Assembly (NCBI GenBank): GCA_030614005.1
Contig: JAUWKS010000109.1
Location: 1-6,593, forward strand
From: Candidatus Heimdallarchaeota archaeon
GTDB taxonomy: Archaea; Asgardarchaeota; Heimdallarchaeia; JABLTI01
Length of the DNA stretch: 6,593 bases
Direction of reading: 5' to 3'
This document shows positions 5,108 through 6,593 of the stretch, piece by piece (within the stretch, counting starts at the first letter, position 1; every line of letters begins with the position of its first letter). The notes under the pieces are model-generated. The model made no database searches and was not told the DNA's origin. It saw nothing but the letters and a program-made list of their open reading frames with translations. Made by a program: the position numbers and the translations under genes.

Positions 5108-6187
5108 ATGGAAATAAAGCTCGCCCTAATGGAAAATATTAGAAAAGTAAATGATGAACTTCGAATAATGATTAAAGAAAAAGGTGTGACACAAACAGAT
5201 TTAGGAGCATTTGGGGATATTTTCTATAGGGAATTTGTTGATTATCTGAACAATGGTGGAAAAAGGATTCGTCCTTTTCTCGTTAAAACTGCTTTTGATG
5301 CTGTCGGAGGTAATTCTGAAGATGGCAATATTATTCGAGCTTCACTTGCTATAGAGCTCCTTCACAATGGTTCTCTTTTACATGATGATGTTATCGATAA
5401 GGATGAAACTCGCAGAGGAAAACCATCATTCCATGTAATTTTTAGAGAGCTATACAAGAAAAAGAAAAGTGATTCTTCCACAAAAGCCCAAGATTTTGGT
5501 GAAGCTATTTCTATATTTGCTGGTGATTTATGTTTTCCATTCGCAATTGAGAGTATCATCCAAAGTGGATTTCCTGCGGAATTAACTAATAGGGCCCTTC
5601 ATGCTTTCTCCGAAGCGTTTCGAGATGTTATTGATGGTGTTATCATTGAAACAGGCGATACCATTCTCTCTGAAAGCACCGAAGAGGAATATGAGAAAAT
5701 GGTTTACTTGAAAACCGGTGCCTTGATTAGAAAAGCAGTTGAAATTGGTGCTATTCTTGGAAAAGGAACAGAGTCACAAATAAATGCTCTCACAGGTTAT
5801 TGTGTAGGCATTGGTAGAGCATTTCAAATTCAAGATGATATACTAGGTATTTTTGGCAACATAGAAGAGTTAGGTAAACCTGTTGGTGGCGATATTCGTG
5901 AAAATAAACAAACAATTTTGCGTATTTATGCAATGAAAAACGTTACACCAAAACAAAGGAAACGCCTCACAAAATTAATGGGTAAAGAGAATATTTCTAG
6001 TAATGAGCTTGAAGATGTTAAAAACATCTTTCGAGAAACTGGTGCTCTAGAAAATTCAATGAAATTAATTAAGAAATCAACTGATGAAGCAATTGCTTCG
6101 TTAGAAATTGCAGAACCGCCCTTGTTTGAAGAGGCAAAAATGAAATTAATTGCTCTTTCGAATTATCTTGAGAATCGAAGCAAGTGA
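5108..6187 (+). CDS. idsA: Trans-isoprenyl diphosphate (polyprenyl) synthase, IdsA/GGPP-synthase family
   Basis: GGKRIRP, FARM HDDVID followed by RRG, AGD, KTGAL, SARM FQIQDD and GKPVGGDIRENKQT. Start moved from TTG5066 to ATG5108 because of the SD. Product chain length is uncertain. Confidence 0.92.
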   Translation: MEIKLALMENIRKVNDELRIMIKEKGVTQTDLGAFGDIFYREFVDYLNNGGKRIRPFLVKTAFDAVGGNSEDGNIIRASLAIELLHNGSLLHDDVIDKDETRRGKPSFHVIFRELYKKKKSDSSTKAQDFGEAISIFAGDLCFPFAIESIIQSGFPAELTNRALHAFSEAFRDVIDGVIIETGDTILSESTEEEYEKMVYLKTGALIRKAVEIGAILGKGTESQINALTGYCVGIGRAFQIQDDILGIFGNIEELGKPVGGDIRENKQTILRIYAMKNVTPKQRKRLTKLMGKENISSNELEDVKNIFRETGALENSMKLIKKSTDEAIASLEIAEPPLFEEAKMKLIALSNYLENRSK

Positions 6188-6239
6188 TTTCTATAATAAA
6201 AGACTATCATTATTCATTATACCATTAAATCCTTCTAGG

Positions 6240-6247
6240 TTTAAATA
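6240..6247 (+). promoter_or_regulatory. TATA box TTTAAATA upstream of the small ORF
   Basis: Consensus archaeal TATA box about 58 nt upstream of ATG6305. Confidence 0.45.
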
Positions 6248-6304
6248 TCCTTTTTTCTACTTCTTTTCGATATCTGTACAGATTGTTTTGTAAGAGGTTG
6301 AAAA

Positions 6305-6424
6305 ATGGTCGAGGATAAAAAATCAACTAATACACATTACGTATCACTTGAAGAAATTTCAAGAATTGAAAGCGAAATTCGTTCTAATCTTCGTTATGAT
6401 TCTATTTCGTTAACTAATAGTTAA
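6305..6424 (+). CDS. Putative 39-aa small protein (MVEDKKSTNTHYVSLEEISRIESEIRSNLRYDSISLTNS)
   Basis: ATG6305 to TAA6424 with SD-like GAGGTTGA just upstream and a TATA box at 6240. Below the ORF-track length cut-off. Confidence 0.45.
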   Translation: MVEDKKSTNTHYVSLEEISRIESEIRSNLRYDSISLTNS

Positions 6425-6524
6425 ATTTTCCACAGTCAAAGAAAATAAGTAAGAATCTTTTTTCATAGAAATATCAATAATTTTGCATAGTGATTCTCCT
6501 ACAATGCAATACCCTTTCTTCTTT

Positions 6525-6593
6525 TTAAATGCCTCTTAGAATAGCTGTACGAATAGCTAATTGTTCAACTATTCTTTTAAATAAAGGACAATA
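6525..6593 (-). CDS. Possible 3' end of a minus-strand gene entering from beyond the window (..YCPLFKRIVEQLAIRTAILRGI*)
   Basis: It is the longest minus-strand frame open from the window edge (23 codons including the stop). No motif is recognisable. Confidence 0.3.
   Translation of the reverse strand, partial: YCPLFKRIVEQLAIRTAILRGI

Noticed and set aside
5362-5559. 65-aa minus-strand ORF
   Set aside because: Antisense shadow of the prenyltransferase FARM region.
1-6593. CRISPR array, transposase, integrase, rRNA
   Set aside because: No regularly spaced repeats or relevant protein motifs were found on either strand.

Overview
AT-rich archaeal window. Evidence for this is the GGTGA(T) Shine-Dalgarno motifs, TTTAWATA-type TATA boxes, a translin homologue and a stand-alone Roadblock/LC7 protein; an Asgard-type host is my inference, not proven. 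Left to right it holds: (1) a CopG/RHH antitoxin-like gene whose overlapping PIN/VapC-like partner stops after 20 codons, right before a 32-nt tRNA 3'-end fragment resembling an att site; (2) a RibL-like nucleotidyltransferase whose conserved N-terminal motif lies upstream of any in-frame start codon; (3) a 444-aa protein that looks like an RNase HII fold with a dismantled active site, fused to an unidentified C-terminal domain; (4) translin/TRAX-like RNase; (5) an 8-Cys small protein; (6) Roadblock/LC7 with an acidic Pro-rich tail; (7) glycerophosphodiester phosphodiesterase head-to-head with a trans-prenyltransferase; (8) a 39-aa small ORF missed by the ORF track; (9) the 3' end of a possible minus-strand gene. 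No CRISPR array, rRNA, complete tRNA or transposase is visible. All family assignments are by eye from motifs; no database search was run.
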